The notes below the pieces were generated by a model, which saw only the letters and a program-made list of their open reading frames with translations, did not search any database and was not told the origin of the DNA. From the human T2T-CHM13v2.0 reference genome, Homo sapiens, in assembly GCF_009914755.1 (NCBI RefSeq), contig NC_060933.1: a DNA stretch of 64,000 nucleotides; one strand, given 5' to 3'. Shown one piece after another: positions 43,751-60,976 of this stretch (position 1 is the first letter of the stretch; each line of letters starts with the position of its first letter). A program made the translations under genes and the position numbers.

Positions 43751-44150
43751 TGTGGAAATAAAAATTACATAACTGAGAACAAACTGAAGCCATTTATTCA
43801 GAGCTTGCTATAGCAAGGGTCAGCCACCAACACTAGTACTTGGTAGAGACTTAAAGGCAGGCAGGAGAGTCGGAAAGTGTTGTCGTGAACAAGATGGGAA
43901 GGTGTCAGGGATGCTCTGATAGGAGGTTGTTGGCATGAGGAAGTTGGAGGCAGGCTAACTAGAAGCAGGGCAATCTTATGTGATTGGTTCAGGGACATAC
44001 TTGGTTTTCTCTGGTTGGTTAAATTTAAAAGCGGAGTCAACAGTTAGAGAAGCTGGCAGTTTCTGACCAACTCCTGACCACTCTGGGCAAATTGCTGCAG
44101 AGGTTGTGAGTTCTAGTGTCTGCTTTGCAGATTTAGCCTCTCAGCTTTAA
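43751..44150 (-). mobile_element. Old ERV LTR, family uncertain
   Basis: tttattcagagcttgctatagcaaggg, CCAAT-box-like gattggtt motifs. Confidence 0.45.
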
Positions 44151-44155
44151 GACAA

Positions 44156-44990
44156 TGTGTTACTTTTCTATGGCTGCTGTAACAAATTACCAGAAACTTG
44201 AGGGCTGAAAACACAATTGTTCTTTCACAGTTCTGGAAGTCAGAAGTCCGAAGTCAGTTTCACTGGGTTGAAATCAAGGTGTCTGCAGGGCCATGTTTTC
44301 TCTGGAGGCTCAGAGGAGAATCTGTTCCTTGCCTCTTTCAGCCACCATTCCTAGGCTTTTGGAGGCATTACTCCCATCTCTGCTCCTGTGGCCACACTGC
44401 CTCCTTCTCTTCTGTCTCCATCTCCCTCTTTCTCTTACAAGAATACTTGTGATGGTATTTAGGGCCTGTTTTAGTCTCCTTGGGCTTCTACGACAAAATT
44501 TCATAGCCTGGGTAACTTAAACAGCAGACATTCATTTCTCATGGTTCTGGAGGACGGAAAGTCCAAGCTCAGAGCACCAGCATGGCCAGGCTCCTGCAGA
44601 GGGCCCTGCTCCTGGTTTGCAGGTGGCTGCCTTCTTTCTGTGTCCTCACATGGCACACAGAGAGTGCTGGTCTCTTCCTCTTCCTATAAGGACACGAATC
44701 CCATCATGGGGGCCTCACCCACATGACGTCAGCTGGATCTAATTACCTCCCAAAGGCCCCACCTCCAAATACCACTCCACTGAGGGTTTCAACTTCAACA
44801 AATGAGCTTTGGTGGGACACAAACACTCATTCTATAGCAGGGCCCATCAGATAATCCGGGAGAATCTCCTCATCTCAAGATCTTTGATTATTCACACCCA
44901 CAGAAACTTTACCATGTAAGGTCATGTTTGTGGGTTCCAGGGATTAGGACATGGACATATCTTTGGGAGCCATGATCAGCCCACCATAGT
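44156..44990 (-). mobile_element. MLT1C/D LTR containing a nested MaLR LTR
   Basis: ggctgctgtaacaaattacca...gggattaggacatggacatatctttggg. Confidence 0.8.
44467..44839 (-). mobile_element. MLT1A/MSTD-like solo LTR nested in MLT1C/D
   Basis: TG...CA ends, perfect TSD GGGCC. Confidence 0.82.
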
Positions 44991-45007
44991 ATTCTTAAAC
45001 CCTAGTC

Positions 45008-45189
45008 CAGTGGTTCTCAAATGCAGTTCCTGGACTAGCAGCATCAACATCACCTGGCAGCTTGTTAGAAATGCAAGCTCTCTGAAGCCCCAAACCTACT
45101 CAATTAGAAATTCTAGGGATGGGGCCCAGCAATGTGTTTTAGCAAGCACTTCAGGTGGTTCTGACGTACACTGCAGTGTAATAACTTTG
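45008..45189. mobile_element. MER5A hAT MITE
   Basis: cagtggttctcaaa...gcagcatcaacatcacctgg...cttgttagaaatgca. Confidence 0.85.
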
Positions 45190-46649
45190 TTCCAATCTAG
45201 TGTTCTTTTCTCAGCATTTTGGTGCCCAGTCTAAAGTGTTCTTTTATAAATACATATATATTTTTATCTTTATTCAGAGATTCCCAGATTTTTCTCAATT
45301 TGGCCTCCACTTCTGTGCCATCTCTGATGGATGACTAAATGCTTGGAATGTTTTGTTTAGAAGAAACAGTACCATGATTGATTAACAAGGTCTGTCATGG
45401 CAGAGGAGGGACAGTGGTTCTACCAGTCCCACCTTAGCCTCTAGCTCTCTGGGGCTAATTTGTGATGGAAAAAATAAACAAAAACCCGCACATTTCACAT
45501 TTCCTTATGGGAGAAACACTTAACATTGTCCTCTGTTTGTACTATTTTATATTGTGTTTGTATTCTTTATATCTTTAGGAGAGGTCTGATTTTGTATTAG
45601 CCACAAATATCTACACAACTGAAACAAAGCAAAACAAAACAACAGAAAGAACTCACTTTTTTTTTTTAAGCCAAAGCTGCAAATGGCTCTGTGTCGATGG
45701 AAAGCTGTTTTTATTTGGCAACAAGACCTGGAAGGCTGGGCTTGAATTCATTCCCCTCCCGGGAGGCTACCCCAGAGCCCTACTCCACACCCACAGAGGA
45801 CTCTGTGGTTACTTTTCATAAGCTGCCATAATTTTCAAAGCCCCAAAGGGCTCATAATCAGATTTGGGAAAGCTGCTCTATTTGTAAGCATCTGAGTCTG
45901 CCTTTCAGGAGGCTTTTCCCTGAAGGGAGCGATGACTGACAGCAAAGACATCCTTTTTTTCCCCCACTTGGGGATAATCCTTTGTTTAGCAGGTCTTCAT
46001 TGTTGCAGAGGAAGTTTACTTAGCTTCTGATCCCACTGGACTGATTCAGCAACTACCCCAACAGCCCCACCTCACTCAACATCCCCCCTCCTACCCCACC
46101 CCACACAGAAGAGCAGACCTCTGAGAAGGGGTGGGATTCGAGAAAAAGCACATGGACACAAATCCACATTTTGAGGCAGGTCTTTTTTCTCCTCAGCCTT
46201 TTGGATTTTGTCCTTCCACCTGCAAACCCAGCCTTACACAAGTGGGAACTGTTTTCAGCTGGGTTACAGCAAAAGGAATCTTTTGCAAGGATAATGCAGA
46301 CAGGAGAGGGTTCCAGCTTCACTCTGTGTTCTTACCACCACGTCTCTGCCTCGAGAAAAGCCCAAATAGCAAACATACAGATTCTAAATCGTACTGTTTT
46401 TTAAAATATTAATCGAGTGAGTCTTCTGGATCCGTTTTATTTTTACAGCCTCGCTTAGGCTTCTTTAAAAACTTTGCCACTTTGGTCAGGCTAAGACCCG
46501 CTGAATCCTATTGCTTAACTATTGTTTAAGTTCTTAATCACTTCTTCAATTTCCAATATCAGCTTTCTTGATTCTTGTTAAGTAGCATGCTTTCACAAAA
46601 GACAAAAATTCTGACCCACCGTTAATATTTTTTAAAAATAGTATTAATT

Positions 46650-46830
46650 GGAACTAACATTTATCGAGCACTTACTTTATGTCCCACACTCTTCTAAGAG
46701 TTTTCCACAAAGTAACTCATTTAATCTTTACAACAACCCTATCTAGTCGATAGTATTATAGGTTGCAATTTAAATATGTGAAAACCAAGATTCAGAGAGG
46801 TTAGGTAACTTACCCAGGGTCACATGGAAC
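46650..46830 (-). mobile_element. MIR
   Basis: ctcatttaatctttacaacaaccctat...cagagaggttaggtaacttacccagggtcaca. Confidence 0.8.
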
Positions 46831-48252
46831 ATTTCCTCTTTCCAATTATGTTTAGCATTTTACTCTAAATTTATTATAGTCTTTTGTTTGGCAAAAGGGG
46901 TCTTACTTCTACAAGGAGACTGTTTAGGGATAGTAGATCAATCTCTGGTCATGAACAAAAGCTTTCTCATTGTGATGTTTATTGCTAACTGGGCTGTGGG
47001 TCTTGAATCCTGGGCGTTGACCTAATTAAATATCAAGCTCCAAACAGCTGAGTTGACTGGCCAGCCAAAGGTCACATATCTGCAAAAAGGGAAAATAAAC
47101 TATCTTCACCCCAACTAGAATGAGTTTCATCAACCAAATCCTATTTTTTTTTCATGGTTCAAGAATTCAAACAATATTTTTCCCTGATTAGTAGAGTTCC
47201 TCCAAACTCTTTCTTCTGCCATCATTCCAGGCAGAGGCCCCTTTTACCTGTGCAGTTCTGCTCTGTTGACTTCTAAGCTGCTACTGATGCTGTTTTTTTC
47301 ACATCTGTCCCCGGTACATGCTTCTCCAATAGAGGCAAATGTCTTAATAATTGATGATTTTTGTTTGTTTGTTTTTAACACTTTTATCTAGGTTTTTTTA
47401 AAACATGTTAGAGACTCAACTCACAGATAAAATACAGAATTGACTTTTATTTCAAACGTATTTTTAGACTTGATGATTGTTTGATTTTACTTTTGAAAGA
47501 AAAAAATTTCCCCATATTCAAGTCATCCAAGTAACTTTGTACAAGCTGTGATTAAGGATTATTGCTGGATGTTAATGTGTGTTCTCTTCTTTCTTTTCTG
47601 CCTTGTATTCCAAGTGTCTCACAGTGAGGAGTATGACTCATCTATCCTTGGGGAAAGTATTTTTTTGCTTTTCGGGTCCCTAACTCACCTTGCAGATGTT
47701 GGTAAGATTCCAGGCAGCACTGAACCTCTGGGATCACATTCTCTGTGTATTGTAATCCTAGATGAGCAAACGCTTTTGCATTATGTCATTGTTCGACATA
47801 TTTCTGACTACAGGAAGGAAACCAGGGAGAACTAATAATAATTTCCTGTACAGAGGATTGTGCTGGATTTGGGATATAGTCAACAGGTGTGGGAACATCT
47901 GTAGCTATCCAGCAGTGCTTTCCTGAATAGTTCTTTATAAACATAATTAGTTCCCCTTCCAGCTGATTTGACTGTATTGATAGAATAGAGCTAAATCACA
48001 GGAATAAACTACTGAAGGCAATTAATTGCTTTTGGTAAATTCTGTAATCAGGAATTTTTGTCTTGAAGAAATATTATAGAATTAGCAACTTCCAGAGCAC
48101 CCAGATAATTATTTTTTTGGGGTTTGTTTCTTAAGTTTTATGGAAAAATTAGGTATAATTTTGAAAAATTTTGCTTAAGTTTAAGGAGACAAAGCTCATT
48201 CTTTTTATTCTTTATGTGTACTGAGAAGAACACAATAATTTCCAAAATAGAC

Positions 48253-48695
48253 TGTTGTTAAATTTATAAGATGCCATAGGTTTGGACTGAGCTTCTTCAC
48301 TGGACCCCTACTGACCAAACCAAACTGGAGCCATTTATGCTAAAGTTCTGTGCCACCAAGCCAAAACTAAGTTGTTTATCTGATTTTCCGAGAGATCAGG
48401 AGGGAGTGGTAATGGTCAAATCCCCTAACAGGCTAGTTTTAGCTGGCTTGATAAGGAAGCACTGTCTGCTTTAACCCTTACAAGGAAAGTAACTTCGAAA
48501 TGGCCAATTTGCTTTTTGTTCCTTGTTTCTGTATTCTTCAGCCATTTTCTGTTTATAAACACTCACTGCCCACATTGCAGAGCGGAGTTCTCTGAACCTC
48601 TTCTTGATTCTGAGGGCTGCTCAATTTGAGAATCATTCTTTGCTCAAATAAACAAACCTGTTAAATGTACTTTGTCTAATTTTTTCTTTATTGCT
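48253..48695 (+). mobile_element. MER31-like ERV1 LTR
   Basis: gaccaaaccaaactggag, ctttaacccttacaaggaaagtaac, ctcaaataaac. Confidence 0.7.
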
Positions 48696-50272
48696 GTCCA
48701 TGAAAAGTAGAACTAATTTATAGTCAATATCTGCAGGGACCTAAACTTGAAGGTGGGAACAATCAGCAAATCAATGCCTTGTGTTTAACTTTTTTTTGGT
48801 TGGGGTAGGAGGAAAGCTAATTGCTAAGTTGTTTTAACTAAAATATGCTTCCATGAGGAATAGCAATAAAAATCACTTGAATTCTGGCAGTCAGCCTTCT
48901 TTCATACCTGTTGTCCAGAATGAGCAAATGAACCTTTTGTTTCAAAGGTTTTTTTTGTTGCATTTTTGGACCTAGAGAAGAATTATAAACATTTAAATTT
49001 GAATGCATATCCAGAGTTAGACAAGTATGTGTGTTCTGGTGTGAGCAGAGCTCTTGTCAGTCATAACGTGGCCGTGCGTTCATTCTAGCAGTTGCTGTTT
49101 TTCTTCTCTCCCAGTATACACATGCTTGCTTTTCAATTAGAACTTGAGTCATCTCCAGAAAGTTACCAAAATAAACTCACCATCAGTGAGCTCATAGGAA
49201 AATATTGCCCAGGTGTTCTAGCAAGTAGGGGTCATGATCTTTAGCCTTCTCTCCCACTTACCCTCCCTACAATTCTTAAGAAAGACTTCTCTAAATGAAG
49301 CTATTGCCTTTAAGTGTCCTCAGGAATTTGAACAGATTGAAACTGCCTGAAGCCATGGGGTTTACTGAAAGGCTTTAAAAAATAGTCATTTCAAAAAGCA
49401 GAGGAGGGAGCCCTCCTTCAAAATGGCCCAACAGTTCCTTGGTTCACAATAGGCAATAGATATATATTTTAGGCTTGGCAGTCTAGAGGCAGATGCTACC
49501 AATTGTGTGCATGTGTGTGTGTGGTACAACTCTAGCAGTTAAAAACATTTTATATATTAATATATGAAAGCACGCACCTCTGTAGAGACATTGCATTTAT
49601 TTATCAATTATATACATGTCCTCCTGTACCAATATATAATGTATATTAAAACTCCCAGAGAAGTAGAACATTTAGGAGAATAAGTGAAGAATAAAAATAA
49701 CTAGAAGTTCTATTATTTTCTTACCAGAAGTCTTGTGCACTCCAGGGGAATTATGCTCACCCTACTTTGGGATCCACTGCTCTGGAGAACTCAGTGAAAC
49801 ATGGGCCCTCAAATACTCTTCAGTCGAGCCCCCTCTGTGTGCGGAGCTGAAGGAGCATGGGACTGGGAGTTAGTTCACAGGGGCTGGATCTGGCTTCCTA
49901 TGTAGCTCATAACTGCCACTTTATTTCTTTTGAGTTTTGTTTTGTGGAATAAAAATGAAAGGGGTTGAATTTACTTAATTTACTTTGAGGTTCTTTGCAA
50001 CTCTAATAATCTATGATTTTAGAGAGCTAAATTTTGGGGCCCTTGGGCAAAATGACAACTCTAGGGGAGGCCAGAAAAGGTGGTGCAGTGGAATTGTTGG
50101 AAATGGGTGGGTGTCCAAGAATCAGACAGAGGAAGGAGAGGATTCCTAAGTGGGGTGGAGGCAGCTCCAGGAAAGAGCTGACTCAGGAATGAAGGTGGCA
50201 GGCATGGGAAACCATGAAGCAGAAAAATTGCAGGCTGGTGGAAAATGCCTTTGGGTAGGTAAGAAATGAAGG

Positions 50273-50395
50273 GTAGAATGGTTAATTTTATGTGTGTCAA
50301 CTTGGCTGGGCCATGGTGTCCAGAAAAACATTATTAGGATAAACATTTTGGATGTTTCTGTGAAGGTGTTTTTTTGGGGTGAGATTAACATTTAT
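50273..50395 (+). mobile_element. MLT2 LTR 5' fragment
   Basis: atggttaattttatgtgtgtcaacttggctgggccatgg. Confidence 0.7.
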
Positions 50396-50424
50396 GCTTG
50401 GTCTGACAAATAAGATGTCAGTGG

Positions 50425-50598
50425 AAATGGCCTTTCCCTGGTGCCAGCTGTGGCCAATTATTTTTTAGTGAGGCAGTTTAACAACTGCCTGACCATCATC
50501 TGATTGTCACCTGACATTTCTGATGGGGGACGGGGTGGGGGCTGGGGGGAGCCCTCTCCTGCCTTGCTCTCATGTCTAACTAGTGACCTACTGTAAGA
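50425..50598 (-). mobile_element. MER50-like LTR fragment
   Basis: Homologous to 16800-16960. Confidence 0.75.
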
Positions 50599-53097
50599 GT
50601 ATGTAAGATGAATTGAAAATGAAAAAAGTCCGGAAATAACATAGAAGCCTGAAAGATTGGTGCATGAATTCATTTATTCATTCTGTCAATCAAGCATTAA
50701 GTCTTGAATATATCACTGTGGCATACTTAACGTATGTCAGGGTAATAGATGAGAACAAGAGTCAGGTCCTTTGCCTTCGTAGGGCTCTTAGAATTGAGTG
50801 AGGGAGACACACATTAAACAAACACACATTAATATTTACTTAAAAAGTATAATAAACACTATTAAAATGAAGAGACTGCTCATAAGAACAAAAAATAAAT
50901 TAGTGACATAATTCTCAAGAAGGAAGAGAAAGGGTATATTTAAGAGAGATAGCAAAGGAATAATAACAGGGTTTGGAAATATTTTGGGAATCAACATGTA
51001 GGGATTTGAAGAGTCAAAGATGGCCCCAAGGTATCTAGGCTGGGAGGAAACTGTTCTGTCCAGTTCCCTACATTCTGGACTTTGATGATTGTATCTGCTG
51101 GTGTCATTTGCCATGTTCTTCTAGCCCTGTGTTTCCTGTAAACTGTTAGCTTCACCTGGAGCCTTGATTAGATTCAGGTTCAATGTTTGTGGCTAGAATG
51201 TATCACAGATGGGGGCTCTCTCCTCCCTATTGCCTCACAGTAGGAGGTGACTACTATTTGATAGCCATTGTTTGAGGTTAATGTTGATCAGTGGCTTAAG
51301 GTATTGCCAGCCTGACCCATCCATTCTACAGTTCCTTATCAGTCTTTCACCTGATGGTTCTATTAACCACTGATGATCATTAAGGGCTGGAAAAGGATGA
51401 CTTTCTAATTCCGTGATTCCGTCTGTATTTATTGGCTAGAATTCCCTCACTGCTGTCCCAAAGCAGAACAACTAGGCATTTATGAGGGCATATGAGAGGG
51501 ATTTGCCCTTGGGCCCTTGTGGGAGCCGGTGAGATGGTCTTTGTGCCTGGTGTTGAAACAGTTGGAAGGGACAGAGCATCAAAGTGGGGACAGCAAGGAC
51601 AAGCTGGGACCCACCAGCAGGAGCAAGACCATGGGGATGGACTAGAGCTCTTGTCAGTCTCTCAGCTCTTTCCACCTCAATGATGTGGGTGGTCTCTAGC
51701 AAAGAAGGTACCTGGCTCAGGGGTTGGAGAAGGTGAAGGAGAATCTGGGGAAATGGAGCAGCTGCAGGCCCAGCTGCTGCCTGTGTCAATAGGAAGTTCC
51801 ACAGAGAGAAGCGGGAGCTGCAGTAGCACCTACGAGACCTCCACCAACCTTCTGAGTGTAATATTATCAGGCTGCTTCACTTCCACCTTCCAAATCTCTC
51901 ACAAAATGTCTTTGGTGGCCCTCCTTCAATTCTGCTTAGTCTTTATCTCAATCACATGAGCAGGATGCCCCATTTCTTTCTTGCTGTTATATCAATTGGG
52001 CATTACAGCTGTAACACCAGCTCTAACAAGGATTCTTTGCACCAAGTTAACAATGCTTAAATATTATTCCTTTCTTCTGTCATTACAACAACAAAGTTTC
52101 ATAATTAGGCCTTTCCTGTAGAGTCACCATTTTGTTATGAAGGGGGCAGACTTGAAGTAGTAAATTATAGTTTTAGTGAAAACACATTTTTCCACCAGGG
52201 TGAGGATATGTGGTTACAACACTCCCTCAAATGAATAAAAACCCAAACAAACCAAAAATTCCTGTCCCAAAGTATCAGAAAATGGATCTTTCTGTGAACT
52301 CACTAGTGATGGTGGTAAGATGTGCAGATATAGTTTATTGCTGATGCTGAATCATATACAAGAAACACACCATCTCCTAAAGACTATGCTGGATTTCAAG
52401 CATTCTTTCAGGTATTATAGTTGAATGTAGCAACAACAATTAAGGTAATCTAATTAGAAGCTTAGAATACTCCTTAATTCGCATCTCTGTGGTGCCTTTT
52501 GCAGAAGAAATTCCACTGCTCTCAAAGGAGGTTTCAAATCCTTAGAAAGGTGATTTCTATTCATTGGTTTAATTTTGATTCTTAATCTCCTCTCGGAATA
52601 ATTTCCACACTTCTGAAAGTTGACTTCTATTCTGCCCTAACTAGCTCTGTGATCATACTCATAGGCTCCAGAGCCCCACCTGTCACATCTTGAAATGATA
52701 GGGTTGGACATGGATGGTTCTTAATGCTTCTAATGGCTTTAACGATATGTGTGACTATGACAGATTAAATGACCACTTTCCCATAACCATCGGGTTTCTC
52801 TCTCCATGCTGCCAGAAGACAAATTTATGGCCCCATGTGACCTATAATTAGTACTAAGCTTATTTCTGGCTCAACTTAATACATACTTTTGTTTTCTCTT
52901 TATTATTTCTCTTATCTAGAGCTTTTTCATGCTCTTTCATTGTTCTTTATGTTACTCCTGCAAACTATCTTAAATAAACTTTGGAAAACAGTAGGGTATA
53001 AATAAATACGCATTTATTCCTATTTTATAATACAGAATTAACAATACAAGATTATAATTATGAAATCACTTCCCAATGACTCGATGTAGAAAATTGA

Positions 53098-53328
<231 letters not shown>

Positions 53329-53524
53329 TAATTTCTAGGGTACATGTGCACATTGTGCAGGTTAGTTACATATGTATACATGTGCCATGCTGGTGCGCTG
53401 CACCCACTAACTCGTCATCTAGCATTAGGTATATCTCCCATTGCTATCCCTCCCCCCTCCCCCCACCCCACAACAGTCCCCAGAGTGTGATATTCCCCTT
53501 CCTGTATCCATGTGATCTCATTGT

Positions 53525-57330
<3,806 letters not shown>

Positions 57331-57393
57331 TATGATGCTAGCTGGTTATTTTGCTCGTTAGTTGATGCAGTTTCTTCCTAGTCTTGATGGTCT

Positions 57394-58410
57394 TTACATT
57401 TTGGCATGATTTTGCAGCAGCTGGTACCGGTTGTTCCTTTCCATGTTTAGCGCTTCCTTCAGGAGCTCTTTTAGGGAAGGCCTGGTGGTGACAAAATCTC
57501 TCAGCATTTGCTTGTCTGTAAAGTACTTTATTTCTCCTTTGCTTATGAAGCTTAGTTTGGCTGGATACGAAATTCTGGGTTGAAAATTCTTTTCTTTAAG
57601 AATGTTGAATATTGGCCCCCACTCTCTTCTGGCTTGTAGGGTTTCTGGTGAGAGATCCGCTGTTAGTCTGATGGGCTTCCCTTTGTGGGTAACCTGACCT
57701 TTCTCTCTGGCTGCCCTTAACATTTTTTCCTTCATTTCAACTTTGGTGAATCTGACAATTATGTGTCTTGGAGTTGCTCTTCTTGAGGAGTATCTTTGTG
57801 GCGTTCTCTGTATTTCCTGAATCTGAACGTTGGCCTGCCTTGCTAGATTGGGGAAGTTCTCCTGGATAATAACCTGCAGAGTGTTTTCCAACTTGGTTCC
57901 ATTCTCCCCATCACTTTCAGGTACACCAATCAGACGTAGATTTGGTCTTTTCACGTAGTCCCATATTTCTTGGAGGCTTTGCTCATTTCTTTTTATTCTT
58001 TTTTTTCTAAACTTCCCTTCTCGCTTCATTTCTTTCATTTCATCTTCCATCGCTGATACCCTTTCTTCCAGTTGATCGTATCGGCTCCTGTGGCTTCTGC
58101 ATTCTTCACGTAGTTCTTGAGCCTTGGTTTTCAGCTCCATCAGCTCCTTTAAGCACTTCTCTGTATTGGTTATTCTAGTTATACATTCTTCTAAATTTTT
58201 TTCAAAGTTTTCAACTTCTTTGCCTTTGGTTTGAATGTCCTCCCATAGCTCAGAGTAATTTGATCGTCTGAAGCCTTCTTCTCTCAGCTCGTCAAAGTCA
58301 TTCTCCATCCAGGTTTGTTCCATTGCTAGTGAGGAACTGCGTTCCTTTGGAGGAGGAGAGGTGCTCTGCTTTTTAGAGTTTCCAGTTTTTCTGTTCTGTT
58401 TTTTCCCCAT
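57394..58410 (-). CDS. L1 ORF1p RNA-binding chaperone, intact 338 aa
   Basis: Full-length ORF with REKG, ARR and YPAKLS motifs. Confidence 0.93.
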   Translation of the reverse strand: MGKKQNRKTGNSKKQSTSPPPKERSSSLAMEQTWMENDFDELREEGFRRSNYSELWEDIQTKGKEVENFEKNLEECITRITNTEKCLKELMELKTKAQELREECRSHRSRYDQLEERVSAMEDEMKEMKREGKFRKKRIKRNEQSLQEIWDYVKRPNLRLIGVPESDGENGTKLENTLQVIIQENFPNLARQANVQIQEIQRTPQRYSSRRATPRHIIVRFTKVEMKEKMLRAAREKGQVTHKGKPIRLTADLSPETLQARREWGPIFNILKEKNFQPRISYPAKLSFISKGEIKYFTDKQMLRDFVTTRPSLKELLKEALNMERNNRYQLLQNHAKM

Positions 58411-59309
58411 CTTTGTGGTTTTATCTACTTTTGGTCTTTGATGATGGTGATGTACAGATGAGTTTTTGGTGTGGATGTCCTTTCTGTTTGTTAGTTTTCA
58501 TTCTAACAGACAGGACCCTCAGCTGCAGGTCTGATGGAATACCCTGCCGTGTGAGGTGTTAGTGTGCCCCTGCTGGGGGGTGCCTCCCAGTTAGGCTCCT
58601 CGGGGGTTAGGGGTCAGGGACCCTCTTGAGGAGGCAGTCTGCCCATTCTCAGATCTCCAGCTGCGTGCTGGGAGGACCAATGCTCTCTTCAAAGCTGTCA
58701 GACAGGAACATTTAAGTCTGCAAAGGTTACTGCTGTCTTTTTGTTTGTCTGTGCCCTGCCCCCAGAGGTGGAGCCTACAGAGGCAGGCAGGCCTCCTTGA
58801 GCTGTGGTGGGCTCCACCCAGTTCGAGCTTCCCGGCTGCTTTGTTTACCTAAGCAAGCCTGGGCAATGGCGGGTGCCCCTCCCCCAGCCTCGCTGCCGCC
58901 TTGCAGTTTGATCTCAGACTGCTGTGCTAGCAATCAGCGAGACTCCATGGGCGTAGGACCCTCTGAGCCACGTGCGGGATATAATCTCGTTGTGCGCCGT
59001 TTTTTAAGCCCGTCGGAAAAGTGCAGTATTCGGGTGGGAGTGACCCAATTTTCCAGGTGCCGTCCGTCACCCCTTTCTTTGACTCGGAAAGGGAACTCCC
59101 TGACCCCTTGCGCTTCCCGAGTGAGGCAATGCCTTGCCCTGCTTCCGCTCGCGCACGGTGTGCGCGCCCACTGACCTGCGCCCACTGTCTGGCACTCCCT
59201 AGTGAGATGAACCCGGTACCTCGGATGGAAATGCAGAAATCACCGTCTTCTGCGTCGCTCACGCTGGGAGCTGTAGACCGGAGCTGTTCCTATTCGGCCA
59301 TCTTGGCTC
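58411..59309 (-). promoter_or_regulatory. L1 5'UTR bidirectional promoter
   Basis: YY1 site CAAGATGGCC intact at the 5' end; CpG-rich. Confidence 0.85.
58866..59174 (+). CDS. L1 antisense ORF0 (102 codons, open)
   Basis: MAGAPPPASLPPCSLISDCCASNQRDS... in strong Kozak context GCAATGG. Confidence 0.7.
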   Translation: MAGAPPPASLPPCSLISDCCASNQRDSMGVGPSEPRAGYNLVVRRFLSPSEKCSIRVGVTQFSRCRPSPLSLTRKGNSLTPCASRVRQCLALLPLAHGVRAH

Positions 59310-59444
59310 TAGTTTTTTGTATTTTTAGTAGAGACAGTGTTTCACCGTGTTAGCCAGGGTGGTCTTGATCTCTTGACCTCGTGATCCGCCCACCTCGGCC
59401 TCCAGAAGTGCTGAGATTACAGGCATGAGCCACCACGTCCAGCC
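59309..59444 (-). mobile_element. AluSc left arm
   Basis: gatctcttgacctcgtgatc diagnostic; Alu TSD GAAAATGG(A/G)TTTCT at 53096-53109 and 59447-59460. Confidence 0.92.
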
Positions 59445-60976
59445 TAGAAAATGGGTTTCTATTATTTGAGGACATCAATTAGTTGAGTTGTGTGCAGTGT
59501 GGTGGTGGAGACAGTGGAGACAGTTGAGCAGCATGTGTGCAAGCACAGACACATCAAAGAGAGAGGTATGTTGGGGGGAGCGTGGGTTCTCATCTGACCC
59601 CACCTGTGTATAGGCCCCAACTCTAGCCTGATTTCCTGATTTTGTACAAAGATGACAAGCTCATTCCCAACTTCAGATCTTTGCTATTTGCTCTTCTATG
59701 TCTACCTACCAGCTCCTTTGCCCTGCCTTTCTCACGCAGCAACACTTTCCATCCCTTACACGTCCATTTATTCTCTAGCTTTCATGGGTCATTTCAAACC
59801 TTACCCCCATGCCAGTGCATGCTGGGTAAGTCTGAATTGTAGACCTGAGTGCTTCTGTTTGTATCATCCTACACTTTTTTTTTAAAGTATAGTATTTAGT
59901 ATCTTAAGTCTTGCAAAAGCTAAGTTTGCTATGGCTTTACTTCTGGATATGCTATAATTTCTACCACAAAGAGTTGGTGCTCAATAAATATTTCTTACTC
60001 GATCAGTAGTCATAATGAAAACAATGTAAACAAAGGTATGAGCACCAAGGGTGTAAAAATGTTTTGAGAGTTGTGGGGGAAGCAGAGCAATAGGTGATTT
60101 AGTGGTCATTGCCAATCCCAAGTGTTTTCACTGAAAATATGAACTCAGCCATTTAAAAGTGGCTAATAGGTTTGTTTTTGTTCTCACCTAGGTTTCTGTG
60201 ACTGGCAGATACAGCATGAAATGTGAGTTCTCTGCAAACCGTAGCTAATATTGGAAATGTGTATTGTGGCTTGAAGTTAGGTATCCTACCTGAGCTCACG
60301 TATCTTTTCTCTTGCTTCCAGCACAAGAAGGTGAGATTCCACACAGCATGATAATTACCTATTTACCTGCCAAGGCCACCCTCTTGGTGGCTCATTTCTC
60401 TAAGGAGAACCTGGGCTCATCACATTCACCACTGTTTCCCTGGGCAAGGCCTCCAGAGCCAGATAGTACATTATCCCTGAAATGAAATTTGAATCAAACA
60501 CTTCCAGAACAAAAAAAGTTTTTAATTGTCTGTGAACTGTTTTGACATTTTTGTTGCCAGGTAGGTAGGTATGGAAAGTAGTTTTTAAAATAGACATCAG
60601 GATCTGTGACCTTTTGCCAGCACGGTCTGATGTCTGAGCTCATGTTTAGTTTAAAGGGCTACCCCTCCAATAAAGATAAGCTTATTAACACATTATTCTC
60701 TTTATTTGGCTTTTTAAACCATGATTCTCCTTTGAGACCCAAATTATTCAAACACAGTAAAATGTAAGAAGTGGCAGTGGTCCAGTAGACATAGATTTTG
60801 CAGCAATTCAAATCACAGAATTCCAAATACAAAAAACTCACATTTAGGATTAGAATATTGCTGTAGTTTTGTTTTCAAGGTAAATACAGCGTGTGTGTTT
60901 GTGTGTGTGTGTATGTGTGTGTGCATACACCATGAGGTCCTGAATCAAATTTGTTCTGTCAATTGTGTTATCAAAA

